A stretch of 64,000 nt of DNA from Dendrobates tinctorius (lineage: Eukaryota), in assembly GCF_039654945.1 (NCBI RefSeq), contig NW_027362117.1:1054001-1118000 (forward strand). The letters run 5' to 3'. This document shows, piece after piece, positions 63,704-64,000 of this stretch. Positions within the stretch are counted from its first letter, which is position 1; every line of letters starts with the position of its first letter. Both the position numbers and the translations under genes were made by a program. The notes below the pieces were generated by a model. That model ran no database searches, was not told the origin of the DNA, and saw nothing but the letters and a program-made list of their open reading frames with translations.

Positions 63704-64000
63704 AATCTGCTTTATAACCGGTGTCACCTGTCACATGGCGCGAAAACCCGGAATGTGTGAGTCTCCATAGCAACCATTGTTACTTTTATTAATTAACAAA
63801 ATATAAAGTGACTGAAGAGAAATGTAATATCAGCATATGTTCACCGACAGCACTTCAATAGAGAGATGCACATTCTGGTCCAATGACCCAATTGGAGCAT
63901 ATACCATCAGATAGAAAAGAAGAACAGCATCCCTTCCAGGTGATTAGAAGTTTTCAAAAACTTGACAAAGACCTGCAAAGGTCGAAATGTTGTATTTTGG

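Overview
Eukaryotic, repeat-rich vertebrate DNA, most likely from a frog (inferred from protein similarity and repeat landscape; species not determinable). Three spliced + strand protein-coding genes lie in the conserved tetrapod order ARHGDIB (5 coding exons, 200 aa), ERP27 (7 exons, 266 aa, C-terminal KTEL) and MGP (4 exons, 99 aa); all were reconstructed by hand with GT-AG boundaries and consistent phases. A solitary tRNA-Arg(CCG) lies between ERP27 and MGP. A photoreceptor-type promoter and short exon on the minus strand near 7.8-7.95 kb may be the untranslated first exon of PDE6H, the expected head-to-head neighbour. The rest is mobile and repetitive DNA: three L2 LINEs (two with 2A-like NPGP motifs), two Penelope-like insertions each with a variant minimal hammerhead ribozyme, a V-type SINE, Harbinger/hAT/T2-type MITEs, a Tc1 remnant and about 18 tandem arrays. 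Nearly all long ORFs in the supplied track are artefacts of these arrays. I found no convincing wholly new system. The best leads are the variant ribozymes, the 2A-like motifs, and tandem arrays that multiply transcription-factor sites next to MGP and the candidate PDE6H promoter.
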